Part shown: positions 24,643 through 37,465 of the stretch, piece by piece
Position numbering within the stretch: the first letter of the stretch is position 1
Layout: every line of letters starts with the position of its first letter
Assembly (NCBI GenBank): GCA_963693365.1
Contig: CAVNZM010000007.1
Span: forward strand, 8,429,962 to 8,493,961
Source of the DNA: Amoebidium appalachense
Taxonomy: Eukaryota; Protista; Ichthyosporea
Length of the DNA: 64,000 bases
Direction: 5' to 3'
The notes under the pieces: model-generated
Told to the model about the DNA's origin: nothing
The model's input: only the letters and a program-made list of their open reading frames with translations
Database searches by the model: none
Translations under genes and position numbers: made by a program

Positions 24643-27176
24643 AAGAAAGAGAGAGAAAGAGAGTGTGTGTATGTGTGAGGACATAACGCTTACGTTGCCA
24701 ACATAGAGCAGGCACTGGGGGTCGGCATCGCTGCGGGGGTTGGGTGCAAAGCCACCACGGCCACCGGCATAGCCGCCACGGCCACCGCGACCACCACGGC
24801 CACCCCGGAAGCCGCCGCTGCTGGCTCCACGGCTGCTGCCGGTCTGGTAGTTGCCCTTCTCGGCCTCACGGTCCTGCAGGAAAAAAAGATCAGTCGGTGC
24901 AGGGGGGTTTCATGTGTGTGTGTGTGCGTGTGTGGTGTTTGGTTCTAAGAGTTACAGTCCCCCCCCCCCCTTCTCCTCCCACACACTCACCTCCAACACA
25001 AAGCAGGTATGAAACATAGTACGGTACAACATGTGCCTGCAGCAACACGAACACTGCCAGTGTAAGTGTGAGCAAGCGAGCAAGAAAGAATAAAAGTACC
25101 TCGCGCAAGAAGATCTTGCGGCCCATCAGGTCCTGGTCCTGCAGGGTCTCCTTTGCATTCTTGGCATCGGTCTCCGTCTCAAACTCAACAATGCTGCAGC
25201 AGGCAACAGTGTGAGCATGATAACGGTAACTGCTCACTACCTTCAAGAAAACCATGTTGCCCTGAACACACCTCCAGAGCCATTTTCTATCATTTGTTCA
25301 AGAATAGAAGCAAATGTTTGAACACGGGCCATGCTTCCATTAACGAGACATCACCGCCAGCCTTCTCAGCCCTGCCCCCCCCCCCCCCCCCATCACCACC
25401 AAAAAAAAAAAAAAAAAAAAAAAAAATACTATCATGCCCACTCTTAGTGCATACAGATGCTAAAACCACCTGTGCAAGTACTGGAAGTACTCAGCTAAAA
25501 GGGCCACATACCCAGAGCCCTTGGAGCGGCCATCGGGATATTCAAACACCTCACAGTACTTGATCTTGCCGGCTGCACATAAAAAAAAAACAGCCAACAG
25601 TCAGCACCTACACATCAGATGGTGTGCTTGTTGAATGTGGCTATGTCTCAACCTGCAGGCACACATATCTCCACTTGCGGATTTCTACATGTTCAACCCT
25701 CATCCAAACACACATGCACACAAAACACCAACAGCACCACAAGCGCACTTGACCCTGCACAGAGAAAAGAGCACACACAGACAACAGAAAACCCTTTTTC
25801 CAGTGCCGCACAAACATTTAACTCATTCAGGACATTCCAGCAGCAAACCATGACAAGCTGCCCCCCAACACAGAATCGAGGATCAGAAACTGTGATCAGA
25901 GTATAGGGAGAAAAAAACAACACGAGTACTGATTTCTGGCAGCTTTACAACGACAGGCAGATCATGCAGTTACTTTATGTGCAAAGGAATAGTGTCCTCA
26001 CCTTTCTGCATGAACTCCTCCAGATCCTGTAGAGGGGGGAAGGGGGGAGAGGGGGGGGGGGGGGGGGGGGGGGGGGGAATGGTCAGTTCCAAAAAAATTT
26101 GCCAAAAAAAGCCATCAGGACAGGAAAAAAAGGGGGGGGGGGGGGGGGGAGGGGGGACTAGGCTAGCAGCTCGAAACCTCGATGCTCCTTCTCCCAGCTC
26201 AAACACTGACACGCGCACAGATTCCTTCTCTCTGTCTCCCCCACCCCTCTCTCTCTCTCTGTCCCCCCTCCCCCCCCCCCCCCCCCCCTTACACCCACAT
26301 CCCCATCATCATCGTACCCCAGTACTGAACAACGGCACCTTGAAGCCCATCAGCATAGTTCTCATGCCTATCTAAACACTACGTGCGCGAGCCACAAAAC
26401 ATACAAACATACAAAGAAACAAACAGATACTTGCCTGGGTTCGCACGCTGTAGGCAAGGTTGCCAACGAACACACGGCAGGCAGCCTGCGGCTTGGGGGC
26501 AGCAGCCTCTTCCGTCTCTGAAAAATTACAAACGAAAGTAAGTAAACCTCCCCCCCACTCCCCCCTACTCGCAAGTACTTTACCAAAAAGACACAGAACA
26601 CAATTATAGAGAAGAATGCATGCAAGCTCATATTAGCTCTAGGCTTGGCCAAATCTCTTAAATGTAGGAAGTGGCAAATTGGAAAAAAAAACCCCCCCAA
26701 AAGCCCTCTTTTCAGTGACCTATTATGCATAGAAGATTCGCTTTTGTGATCAAGTATACAGAGCACAGAAACAGGCGATATTTCCAGATGGATCAGTGCT
26801 GAGGTGTGTATAGACTACTTAAATGGTGTGCCCAAGCAAAAAGGACTGGCTGCTAGGAGCCGGTGACCAGGGTGGGGGAAACTTAAGCATGCATGGCTTA
26901 CACAGGTTAGAAGTATTTAGTCACAAGGAGAGCACAGTGCAGTGCTCTAATCTAATATACAAGCACCACAATTAAACATACAAACGCTACACGAAGGGAA
27001 GGGGGTGGGGGGAGGGGAGACGGGGGAAAGAAAAAAAGAGGGGAGAAGAAGGAAATACACAAGCAACAGTGAGGGCGGAGAAGGCACAGGCACTCACTGG
27101 TCTCAGCACCCTCCGCAGGGGTAGGAGTGGACTCCTCCTGAGTCTTCTCCACCGTCTCCTCCTTCACGTCCGCCAT
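20871..27176 (-). CDS. Two-RRM, RGG-containing RNA/ssDNA-binding protein, Gbp2/Hrb1/hnRNP M-like (266 aa)
   Basis: Exons 27176-27098, 26517-26435, 26026-26002, 25572-25512, 25193-25100, 24873-24694, 24124-24073, 21950-21846, 21469-21420, 20942-20871 (801 nt, in frame). Motifs: RVFVGNL…GRSKGSGIVEF…LMGRKIFLREDRE; LYVGNLNYSVSWQDLKDHF; RGG linker and tail. Confidence 0.9.
22071..22385 (-). mobile_element. Diverged, truncated copy of the 452-bp family
   Basis: Matches the 3' ~70% of the monomer with multiple substitutions; bounded by G-runs on the + strand. Confidence 0.85.
22423..23465 (-). mobile_element. Head-to-tail array of 2.3 units of the 452-bp element
   Basis: tttgaatgcggaac recurs at 22423, 22875 and 23327 (period 452). 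Units are joined by a G7 linker. The ORF track gives identical translations 452 bp apart. In intron 7 of the Gbp2-like gene. Confidence 0.95.
23924..24016 (-). mobile_element. Short subfamily-A copy of the poly(C)-anchored family
   Basis: Reverse complement nearly identical to ~15789-15881; flanked by G-runs. Confidence 0.85.
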
Positions 27177-27307
27177 TTTTCCTCCTTTTTTAACACCCCA
27201 CCGCTGCAAACACCCTGTGTTAGCACAGCACACGAAACCAGATCCACCTACACCATTTGAAGGTAGAATGTTTCAAAAAGCGCAACATTCATAAGAATAG
27301 GAAACAG

Positions 27308-27367
27308 AGAAAATTCAAAAGACAATAGAAAGAAGGAAAATTCAAAAGACAATAGGAAGAAGGAAAG
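27308..27367. repeat. ~27-bp tandem duplication
   Basis: gaaaattcaaaagacaatag(a/g)aagaag occurs twice. Confidence 0.8.
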
Positions 27368-28278
27368 GTGTAACCAAAAACGCTACAGGCAGCCCACACA
27401 TCTACTAGTCAACAAATATGGGGTAGCCCCAGCCAAAACTTGTGCCCAGAGTTCTTTAGAGCAAACAAACTGGTTGAAACCTCGCCTCTTACAATTTAAG
27501 TATGACCATAGCATGGGAGCAGAGCGTTATGTTGAAAGCACAAAAAAAAAAAAAAACCCCCCAGTAAAGGTATTTCCAAACCGGCAGAGTGACCTAGATC
27601 TAAGGATGTGGAAACCAGTAAAGACAGCCACGAAGGCTGAAAAAAATCTCAGACAAACAGCAACACTAAAATGCCCACGCAAAATACCCACACAAAACAC
27701 CAACAAAAAAAAATCTTCAGAACCCAGAGCATCTACCTAATTTTGTAAAGCCTTGAGTAGCAACCAAGAAAGTGCAGTCCCGCGTGAACCCCCCACACCC
27801 ACCCCAGCCAAATGGCATACAAAACGCACCAAAACTCTTTAGCAATTAACTTTCTGGCACGCTCTCACTCTTTTTTCCTTTTCGTTCTCACTCCAGAAAA
27901 AGAGGGAGAGAGAGCAGGGGGGAAAGCGCACACCTTCAAACGAAGTCCTCCGCCTAACGAGTGATGACACTGACGCAGTCGAGTTGGGGGTGCGGAAGAT
28001 CATTGCCCACCGCCAGCGCGTGTGAGAACGATCGGAGATCGCAAGATCTGGCCGGGACACGTGTGTGCCAGGACCGAAGTCGAATGGATCCGGAAAACAA
28101 AAGATCTTGCGCCTTTTATGAGGTTTATAATGCAAGAAGAAAGAAATATTGGCAATATTTGGCACATTTATGTGATTCCCTTGCTTCTGACGAGAATTTC
28201 ATAACAGGCAGTTATTATAAAGAGTCAGTTGATAAAGCCTTCCGACCATGAGATGATCTTTGTTGCATGCACCGCCCA

Positions 28279-28351
28279 CCAATTGAATGCCACATGGGAG
28301 TAGGGTGCCAATCAGAATGGGTTGTAACATCGTTGCTGAATCTTACCCAAT
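28279..28351. promoter_or_regulatory. Triple CCAAT box cluster upstream of the Gbp2-like gene
   Basis: CCAAT at 28279, 28308 and 28347 (spacings 29 and 39 bp). A probable 5'-UTR intron (~27933-27204) lies between this cluster and the ATG. Confidence 0.55.
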
Positions 28352-28408
28352 CACCAACCTTTTTTGCTTTAACGCACTCCTTTTTGGGAAAGCGCGGTTT
28401 CCCTAGCC

Positions 28409-29368
28409 CAGGGTTCGAAGGACGGTGGAGCCCATTAACGGAAATCGAAATCCCGTTTCGGAAAACCTCTTCGAAAATCGGAATGCTCCGTCGGAGCAGG
28501 CCCACCAAAAATCGTAATCGTCGTGGATAAGTAAACTAGGGCATGCTTATCTGTGCCTATATTGCATCAAAATGTAATTATAATGCATACTTAAAAACCC
28601 CTGTGTGGTTATTAGAGGCCTTCCTGGTGTTGGCAGTTGAAGCTTTGAAGGAATAAGAGGGAAATATGAAGTGCATTAATGCACAATATATATATATATA
28701 TACATTTTGTCTACGTATATACGTACGACCGGTCACGTCCTCTTACACGTATGTGCGGCAGTGCCAGTGTATATGAGGATATATACTATGTATGCATATG
28801 TATCTAGTTCCTGTGTGTGTCACTGTGTCCGTGGCCTTATTTTTTCCCAGTGCACGCATTTTCTTTTATTTGATGAACATGATCGATCATGAATCATGTT
28901 ACTAGTAGAGTTATTAGTTTACGATAAATTTGTGCCTTCCCCGATTCGGATTGGGTCCCTGAACCAGCCAATTTGAGCTGTTCAAATGACCAATCAAACC
29001 GCGTTCTGCAACCTATATATACATGTGCAGGCCTATGCATTGTATGTTCATGCGGCCATGGCCATGCATGGCTATGATGCATATGTGGTGTCACGGCTGT
29101 GTGTGTGTGATTGTGTGTGTGTGTGTCTGTGTGCGTGTGTGTGTGTGTGCGTGCGCGCGTGGGTGTGTGCATAAATGTGTTTGGTGTGACAACATGTACA
29201 TGTGCTAGCTATATATATATGGGCTGGCGCTGTAGTCAGGGTCTGCCATTGAACATTCTACAGGGACAGGGAGACACGTACGTACGTGTGCAGCTTGTGT
29301 GGGTGGTGTATGCCCCGTGTATGATGAGACCTGCGAAGTCATGAGAAGCTTCCCCCCCCCCCCGGGGG

Positions 29369-29410
<42 letters not shown>

Positions 29411-29529
29411 ATATGGGGGGGGGGCCGGGGGGGCCGGGGGGCTCTCGGGCGTTCCAATTCGGCCGGGACGATTTTCGGAACTGTTTTCAAATATCGGAAA
29501 TTCTGATTTTTTCGTAACTTCGAACCCTG
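28409..29529. mobile_element. hAT-type non-autonomous DNA transposon (1121 bp)
   Basis: Perfect 12-bp TIRs CAGGGTTCGAAG/CTTCGAACCCTG and an 8-bp TSD CCCTAGCC (28401-28408 and 29530-29537). Subterminal CGAAA/TTTCG-rich motifs. Confidence 0.92.
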
Positions 29530-30488
29530 CCCTAGCCCATCAACGTCGGCCATAAGTGCGGAAGTGAAGAAAGGGCTTGCAGTGCTTTTCTGTACGTGTG
29601 TGCATGTCTTCAAAAGTTTTGTGTGTGTGTGTGTGCAAAGGTGGCATAATCCTGTACGTTTTGTGCATGGCGCGCTCAACGATGCGTGCACTTGTGTCTA
29701 CGTGCGTGCCCAGTACATTACCTACTTAGATAGCGTATACAAAGCATCACGCGTGTGTGTCTTTCTTCTTGTGCGTACGTGTTTCTGCATACTTCCTGCG
29801 TGCATCCTGGTGTTTGTGTTGCAGCCCATATGACAGTGACATAGGTGGTTATGCACAACTCACTCTTGTACAAAATTCGCAATCACCGTACGCTTATGAT
29901 ATGTCACTTGTCCGACCCTATGGACATGAAACAGGATCTTCAACTATGACATTGCGTAGATGCATCACTGCAACTTTGGTACGGTGCAGGTACGGCAGCC
30001 GGTGCAAGTTTAGGGCCCCTCACTTTGAAAGGTGCGCCGATGAGGAGGAGAAGGAGGAAGAGAAGGGCATTCGGGGTGGGGAGAAGGGAAGGCGGCGGGG
30101 CCGGGGGGAGGGGGGGGGGGGGGGAGGGGGGGAGGGGGTGAAAAGTGACCTGTGGGTTCTTACTGGCCCTGGGGCAAAAGGAGTTGGTGATCGTAGTTAA
30201 TCTTGGACTCCGAGGGGGAAGCAGCGAAGGGGGGGGGGGGAGGGGGAGGGGGGGCGCTCGAAGGAAGGGGGAGGGGGGAGGGGTTGTGGCCAGGAAAAAA
30301 GCAGATATGCAGACCGACAGACCTTGAGGCACAGAGAAGGGGCGCATGACATGTGAAATGAGCCTTAGATGAAAGTGACTTTGAGGTGCAACAGCGATAG
30401 TGTATGTGCGGGGAGGGGGGTGATGTGGGAGGGTGGGGAGAGGGGAGACGGAAAGAGAGTTTGAGATGATAGAGGGAGAGAGAGATAC

Positions 30489-30584
<96 letters not shown>

Positions 30585-31950
30585 ACTGCGTGTGTGTATG
30601 TGAGAGTGTGAAAAGGGGAAAGAGGGAGAGGGGAAGGGACCCGAGAAATGTGTGAAAGGCTTTGTTTATTTTTTATTTTCACTTTTTTTTTGAGGGGGGG
30701 GGGGGGGGGAGGGAGGGGGGGGGGGGGAGGGAGGGAGAGGGAGGGAAGGTGAGGGATCGCGAGCCATAGAGAACATGTTTCAGTAGAATTCGGAAAATTG
30801 CACAAGGTGGAAACGTTGACTTTCGGGTGGCCCGTTTATTTACTTTGTGTCCCATCTCTGTATTCATAACCGTCATGATGATGATACAATAGGATATGTG
30901 TAACCAATGCACTGTTTCTATGTCTAGGCGATTGCATGGGTGCATCAAGTTGGGAAAAGTTTGCTTGTATTTTGCAAACGGTCAAGCACAGCTATTACCA
31001 GGCCTATCCGCGAAGGTTGTAAGATAAATTCGTTTTGACGCACTTCTGGGCAATAAATTTGGATGTGTGCACACACAGTCAGTCTGCGGCTGGTGCTTTG
31101 TGAGACTTAGGCCCCAAGCCGCTAGCATGAAGCTTTGGTGCTTCAGGCCCTGTGTAAGGGAAACATTAAAGTAAGTTTTGGAGACTTACAGATAACCCGG
31201 GTCCATGTCCTGTGCTACTGTAATATTTGGCGCAAGAGGTAAGTGCAGAAAGCTGTTCTTGGTCGCCCCATTTACCAGTTTTGCAGTGAGATTGCTGTTT
31301 CTAGCTCTGTGCCTCTCGAGTTGTTCAGGCAGTGGTTCATGCTTGTTCACAGGAAGCATGGCACATGTGATCACGGTTTGTCTTTATATATGATGAATGG
31401 GTCAAAACCCTATAGTATTTTATGCCGTAACTGTTGCCACGGTAATGGAATTGCTGATCACACTTATACTGGCCTTCCGGGAAAAAGACAGGCCGTTGTA
31501 GATAGACATGTGATAAGTAAGTTTAGTTGTTATTGTTGCAACAGCATAGCAAGGTGCTCAAACTTAGTTTGCTTGGCTGGAGCGTAGAGAAGGCATGGGA
31601 ATTCACGTGCACCATAATTACCACCCATCTGCATTGCATATTTTTACAGCCACAAGGCTTCTTTTCACTGGAATATTAATACTTGATTTCGCTGGCTACA
31701 GTATCACTGATGTCGTTTCATGGCAGAATTGTACTGCTACCGTTGCATGGCACCTTCATGTACAACCATATTGGTTGCTAGGTTTTCTAACCCTCGCTAC
31801 TCTCACTTTTCTTGTATACTTACTTGACAGCTACAACGATATCGTACTAAACAGCTATGTGTTGTTGCCTCAGATGATACTTGCAATACGGAAGATCTTA
31901 GAACCCGACACATCACACCAAGAACTGCCCATGATATATGACAGGCGCAC

Positions 31951-32154
31951 TCACTCGTCGTGGCACTGGCCCTGGTGTACCACCTTGACGTTTGCTCCAC
32001 TTGCACAGGTGCGCTGTTTCATTACACACTCGTTGGAGTAGGTTTGGCCGTCAGATGCACAGACAGGCTCCCAGACCATGGGGCAGACGATGTCGCAGTC
32101 TCTTGCTGTTGCTGCCGTGGCAAGAGCAGCGGCGAAGGCAAGGATAAATTTCAT
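31951..32154 (-). CDS. Secreted single-domain Kazal-type serine protease inhibitor (67 aa)
   Basis: Signal peptide MKFILAFAAALATAATA and a six-Cys Kazal pattern CDIVCPMVWEPVCASDGQTYSNECVMKQRTC…VVHQGQC. Predicted P1 = Met. Intronless. Confidence 0.92.
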   Translation of the reverse strand: MKFILAFAAALATAATARDCDIVCPMVWEPVCASDGQTYSNECVMKQRTCASGANVKVVHQGQCHDE

Positions 32155-32796
32155 TTTGACTCCGTGATATTCAGTCAAAGAATAGGTGGTGGCTATGTCA
32201 AGTTTTGGAGGGAATAATCTGATTTTGATGTTCTGGTCGGAACCTCTTGGTGGCAACTGGCCTTCAAAAGAGAACGGGCCTTGCTTGAAAAGAAAAAAAA
32301 AGGATCCACCGCAATCACGAGGCGGAAGATGATTGGAGCAGCACGCACCACTGGTGCGTCTCAAAACCCCCTAGCTGTTAAATTTGATATTACTTGGCGG
32401 GGCGGAAAGACTGGATTATCTACGTCGTGAGCGCTCGCTTTGATACACAGTTATGACCAAATATCAAAAAGTGTTTTTAGACTCTTTATCGAAATATAAA
32501 TAATGAAGAAACAATGTAAAAACGATATTTAACACGTTCTTTAACGAAACCTACATTATCTATTTTACCAAAGTGCACAACCAGGTGGGTGTTCATAGGA
32601 TCCGGAAAACCTAGTTTAGGAGCCTTCTCTGTATACGTCATCGCGGCGGCCCGGCGGTCCCAGCCAGTACGTTGAGAGTACTGTGGGCTGTCGTCAACCT
32701 AGGGCTGGCAGTTTGGTCGTCCTTCTCCGGGACCATTTAGGCCACGAGTAAAGAACCTTTTTTTTGACCCGCATGGAAACGAACAACCCCCCCCCC

Positions 32797-33003
<207 letters not shown>

Positions 33004-34375
33004 CACGCACACACACAAACATACACACCGTGGATTCTTCCCCAACCTGTAACAACACCTGATCGACCGTGATTCGAAGAACTGTGGTGTAGAAGAAGAC
33101 CTAAAGCCCAAACACAATAATTCTTCTCGGATCTAAAGGAGAATTACCTGGGAAGAATTTTTCTGTTTGCAGACTCTTTCTGCTTTTTCTAAAATTTTCT
33201 TCCAAAAGCGGAATAACTCTGCTGTTTAGTGCTTCGTCTGATTGATTCTGTTTTTCGCAGTTTAATTGGGCTCGAAGCAAGTTGATTCTGCTGATGTGGC
33301 AGAGCGCTAGTTTGGAGCAGGGGAGGGTGGTTTGGGGACTTTAGAAGGGGGCAGTAGGGTGGAGAGGGCGGCGGAGGGGAGGGGAGGGGGAGGGGATGGG
33401 AGCTCGAAGGAGGGGGTGGGGGGGGGGGGGGGGGGGGGGGGAGGGGGGGGGGGGGGGGAGGGGGAGGGGAAAGGGGGGGGGGGGGGGGGGGGGGAAGGGG
33501 GGGCAGTTTGGGACAACGGAGAGGAGGGGGTGGGGAAAGGGGTGGGGGAGGGCGGGGCTTGCGGGAAAGGTGGAGGTGGGGAAAGCCGGTTGTGACAGGG
33601 GGAGCAGGTGATAGCCTAAGGGGCCCGTGAATTTCAGGGGATCGCAAGGATGGGGTAGAGAGGATGACCCTTGCATGAGGACATGAGGGTGTGAAGAAAC
33701 CTTTGCGGTTTTTACTGAGGGGTGTGGTTAAGGGGGTGTGAGATGAAACGGAAATTCAGGGGAGGAAGGTGCGAAAAAATAAAGCAAGTTACAGGCAACA
33801 AGTAGTTGAGGGAAGGGGAGCAGGGATGGTAGGGGATGACGTGGTTGTGGGCGTGTGTGTGTCTGTGTGTGTCTACGTGTGACGGGCGAAAGTGGGAAAG
33901 GGGTGGAAGGGGGGAGGAGGGGGGGGGGGGGGGGGGGCTGTTTGTGTGTTTGTGTGGTCTTTCGATAGTTCCGAGGAATTTGGCAAGGACCGGCAAGTTG
34001 TGTTGGGTCCTTTAGCTCTCAGCCCGTGTGGTGTGTGAAAGGAAACCGTAAACGGGAAACAATTCCATGCATTGTATTTAATACTACAATTAGGGAAAAC
34101 TGAATGTCCATCAAGGTTTTTTTCCCTTCTGCTTTCTTATGCTTTCCTCTCCCCCCTCCCCTCTCCCCCCCCTCCCACCTTTTCTTCAGAGTTTAATAGC
34201 GGTGTGTAAGAGAAGATGTGTGCCGAGAAAAAAGCATGACCACAAATAGAGGGGGTGTGTTTTATCATAGTGACAATCATAGTAGGTTGGCAGTTTTTTG
34301 GGACACACACACACACACTCACTCACTCACTCACACACGTATCATGTACATAACCACGGAGAGAGTGGAGAGAAA

Positions 34376-34408
<33 letters not shown>

Positions 34409-34750
34409 GAAAAAGGGTGAGGGGTGGGGGATCCGGAGGGAGGGGGGCGGGGGGGCAGAAAGAGATAGGGGAGGGGAAGGGGGGTGGGGGGGGGGAGGGT
34501 CGCAGGTACCGTACGCACACTTTTGAAATGCACACACACACACGTGAGCACACACACGTGCGCACACGCGCGGTCACACCGTGACACAGTCACACACATG
34601 CACCGGTGATGCACACACACATATACACACGAACACGATAACTAGAATTGCACACACTTCACACACACGAGCACACACACGCGCGCGCACACACACACGC
34701 ACGCACACACACACTGGCAAACACACAATGAGAGAGACTCACCGAAAGTG

Positions 34751-34808
<58 letters not shown>

Positions 34809-34905
34809 ACACACGTAGGTATGGCCCACACCGTCACACACACAAACACACGTACACGAATACATGCAGAAATTGCACATACCATAATCGCACGCGCACA
34901 CACAT

Positions 34906-35025
<120 letters not shown>

Positions 35026-35713
35026 TCGCACACACACGCACGCCCGCGCGCACACACCGCAAACACGCACACTTGCACACACGCACAAAAACACAAACAC
35101 CGCAGCAATTTAGGCGGCGTGCTGGTACCATGCAAAACTGCCAGTAACCCTCCGGCGCTAATAGGGCCTGGGGTTCGGGTTAAGGTTGTGCAAGAACTGA
35201 CCATGGGGGCCTGGAGGGCCATTTTCCTGTGATCACTCTTGTGGTTTTGATGAGTACATGGTGTACAGGTTGAAGTGCCACAACGCTAAGAATATTTCAC
35301 ATAGGTGACCCCGTAGTGAACGTAGGTGACCCCCCGCACGGGGCGGGCCGCCACGGCTGGGGGGGGAGGGGAAGGGGGGGGGGGGGGGGAGGATCTCGGA
35401 GGCAAGGGGAAGGGGGGCGGGAGAGGGAGGGAAGGGTGGCAGGTGACGGTAGGGGGGGGGGGGGGGGGGGGGTGGGGAGGTGGGGGGGGGGGGGGAGAGG
35501 GGCGGGGGTCGCGGAGTGAGATAAGATAGAGGGAAAGGGGGGGGGGGGGGGGGGGGGGAGGGGAGAGAGAGAGAGAGAGAGAGGGAGAGGAGGAGAGAGG
35601 GACGGGGAAAGAGAGATTCTAGAGAGGGGGCTGGAGGGAGAGAGAACCAGAGATTGAGGGAGCTCGAGGAGAGAAAGGGGTTTTGGGGGGGGAAGAGAGG
35701 GAGAGAGAGAAGG

Positions 35714-35756
<43 letters not shown>

Positions 35757-35943
35757 ATGAGAGAGGATGAGAGAGAGAGAGAGAATGAGAAACAGAGAAA
35801 TGAGAGAGGGAGAGAGAGAGGCCGTGTGTGGGGGGAGGGGGGGGGGGGTGGGAGGAGGGAGAAGGGGCTTTGGTGAGAGAGGAGGGGTGGCCACTGGGAC
35901 GGGAGGGGCCCTCCGGGGATGGTGGGGAGGGGAAAGCCGGGGG

Positions 35944-35988
<45 letters not shown>

Positions 35989-36745
35989 CTGCGAGAACAC
36001 AACCCTGATGTCCTATCATGATGATGCATATGATTATATGGGGGAAGTTGGGGGGTTGGAAGGGGCGGGGGGGGGGGGGGGGGGGGGGGGGGATCAACTG
36101 TGTGCCACTTACTGTTGGTGAAAGTTGGTGAGTGTATGGTGACTTCTGTGCAATCTGTTGAAATTCCAGATTGTAAACAACACGACCAATCATATGGCAA
36201 TATCTAGATTCGCCAATCAGGTTTTAGTGTTTTAGTAGATTGCCAGATCGGGCAGGGGTTGGCATCTGATCGGGAATGAAACTTCCAGAGGAATGATCTA
36301 GTAGTTATTACAAACTGCAGTGCAAACTAGGCTGATAACCAAAGCCAAACATAAGTCCAAGACGTGATTTCCCCCTCCCCCCCCCCCCCATAATATGCGA
36401 ACATACTACACTTCTGCTAGATTTCTGCGAGAGTTTTACCTGATTGAACATTTTGTTTGCAGCATCTGACGTGGAAGCTGCTAGATCTATGGGTTTTTGG
36501 GAAAATTCCTGGGTTCAATGATCATAGTGCAATAGTGTGCACAGTGCGCCCTTCACCTCTGTGTGCCTAATAGCTATGTGTGTCTAGACACGTTTATTTA
36601 TAGTGATTGTGGTCAAGAGCTGAACGTAAAACCTATAATTATTTATTTTTTGTTTTATTCTTTATAAGCAGTTAGCATGCTGTGTTGCTTTAAACAGTTA
36701 GCCGGGCTGAGTAACAAGAAAAAAGCTGCAAATGGCCACGGGAGC

Positions 36746-37155
36746 CAGGGTTGGGCTGGGGCTCGCCAGCTTAACCGTATCGCCCTTTGGCCAATCGTAA
36801 CGGACAATTTCTTAATCGTAACGGGTGGGTTCTTGGGGAGCTGCAAGCCCAGCCTAAAACGCCCCTCCAGTCGCAAAACTCAAAATACGTGTTTTTACAA
36901 ATTGAGTACCGCAAGATTACAAGCCCTGGAAACTTATCGGGGCTCGATATTGCACATGCTGTGGATATGTTCTTGGGGGGGAATATGCTGTTCTTGAATA
37001 GAAATATTGAAAAAATAGGGAAAATTACATATTCAAGCGTTTATAATGCTACACACCTGATACGAAAGCTGTTACGACGGTACCCTGACCTTATTCGTAT
37101 CGGGGTCTCTCGTTAATCGTAATTACGACGATTTTTTTTCGGAATCCCTACCCTG
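36746..37155. mobile_element. hAT-type MITE (410 bp)
   Basis: TIRs CAGGGTTGGG/CCCTACCCTG (1 mismatch) and an 8-bp TSD ACGGGAGC (36738-36745 and 37156-37163). Subterminal AATCGTAA repeats. Confidence 0.9.
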
Positions 37156-37172
37156 ACGGGAGCCGCCCAGCG

Positions 37173-37207
37173 ATTGGTCAAACTAGAATACCAGCAACAG
37201 TTATAAA
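37173..37207 (+). promoter_or_regulatory. CCAAT box plus TATA box of the histidine phosphatase gene
   Basis: ATTGG at 37173 and TATAAA at 37202, ~260 bp upstream of the ATG. Confidence 0.5.
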
Positions 37208-37465
37208 AAAGCAAGCCGAATTCTTTCCTTATCACTTCACAAGTCTCACGTCGACTGAGCAACTTCAAGGGACCCACTATCGGAAGGAGACATCTTGCAC
37301 AAGAATTCGTGTTACTATCTATTGATCGCTCGTTAACCCTTTTATATCTTAAATCTACCTTCTATAATAGTCAGCAGCGTTATATATATATACTTGATTG
37401 CAAAACGTAATTTACGTGTGCCCTGCATCTTTTGCAATTGTGCGCGTACCTACTGAACCTTGAAG

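Noticed and set aside
31595-32041. 148-aa hydrophobic ORF on the + strand
   Set aside because: It overlaps the Kazal gene antisense and has no recognisable motif.
35170-35187. Telomeric repeat (ggggttcgggttaaggtt)
   Set aside because: Only three degenerate units; not an array.
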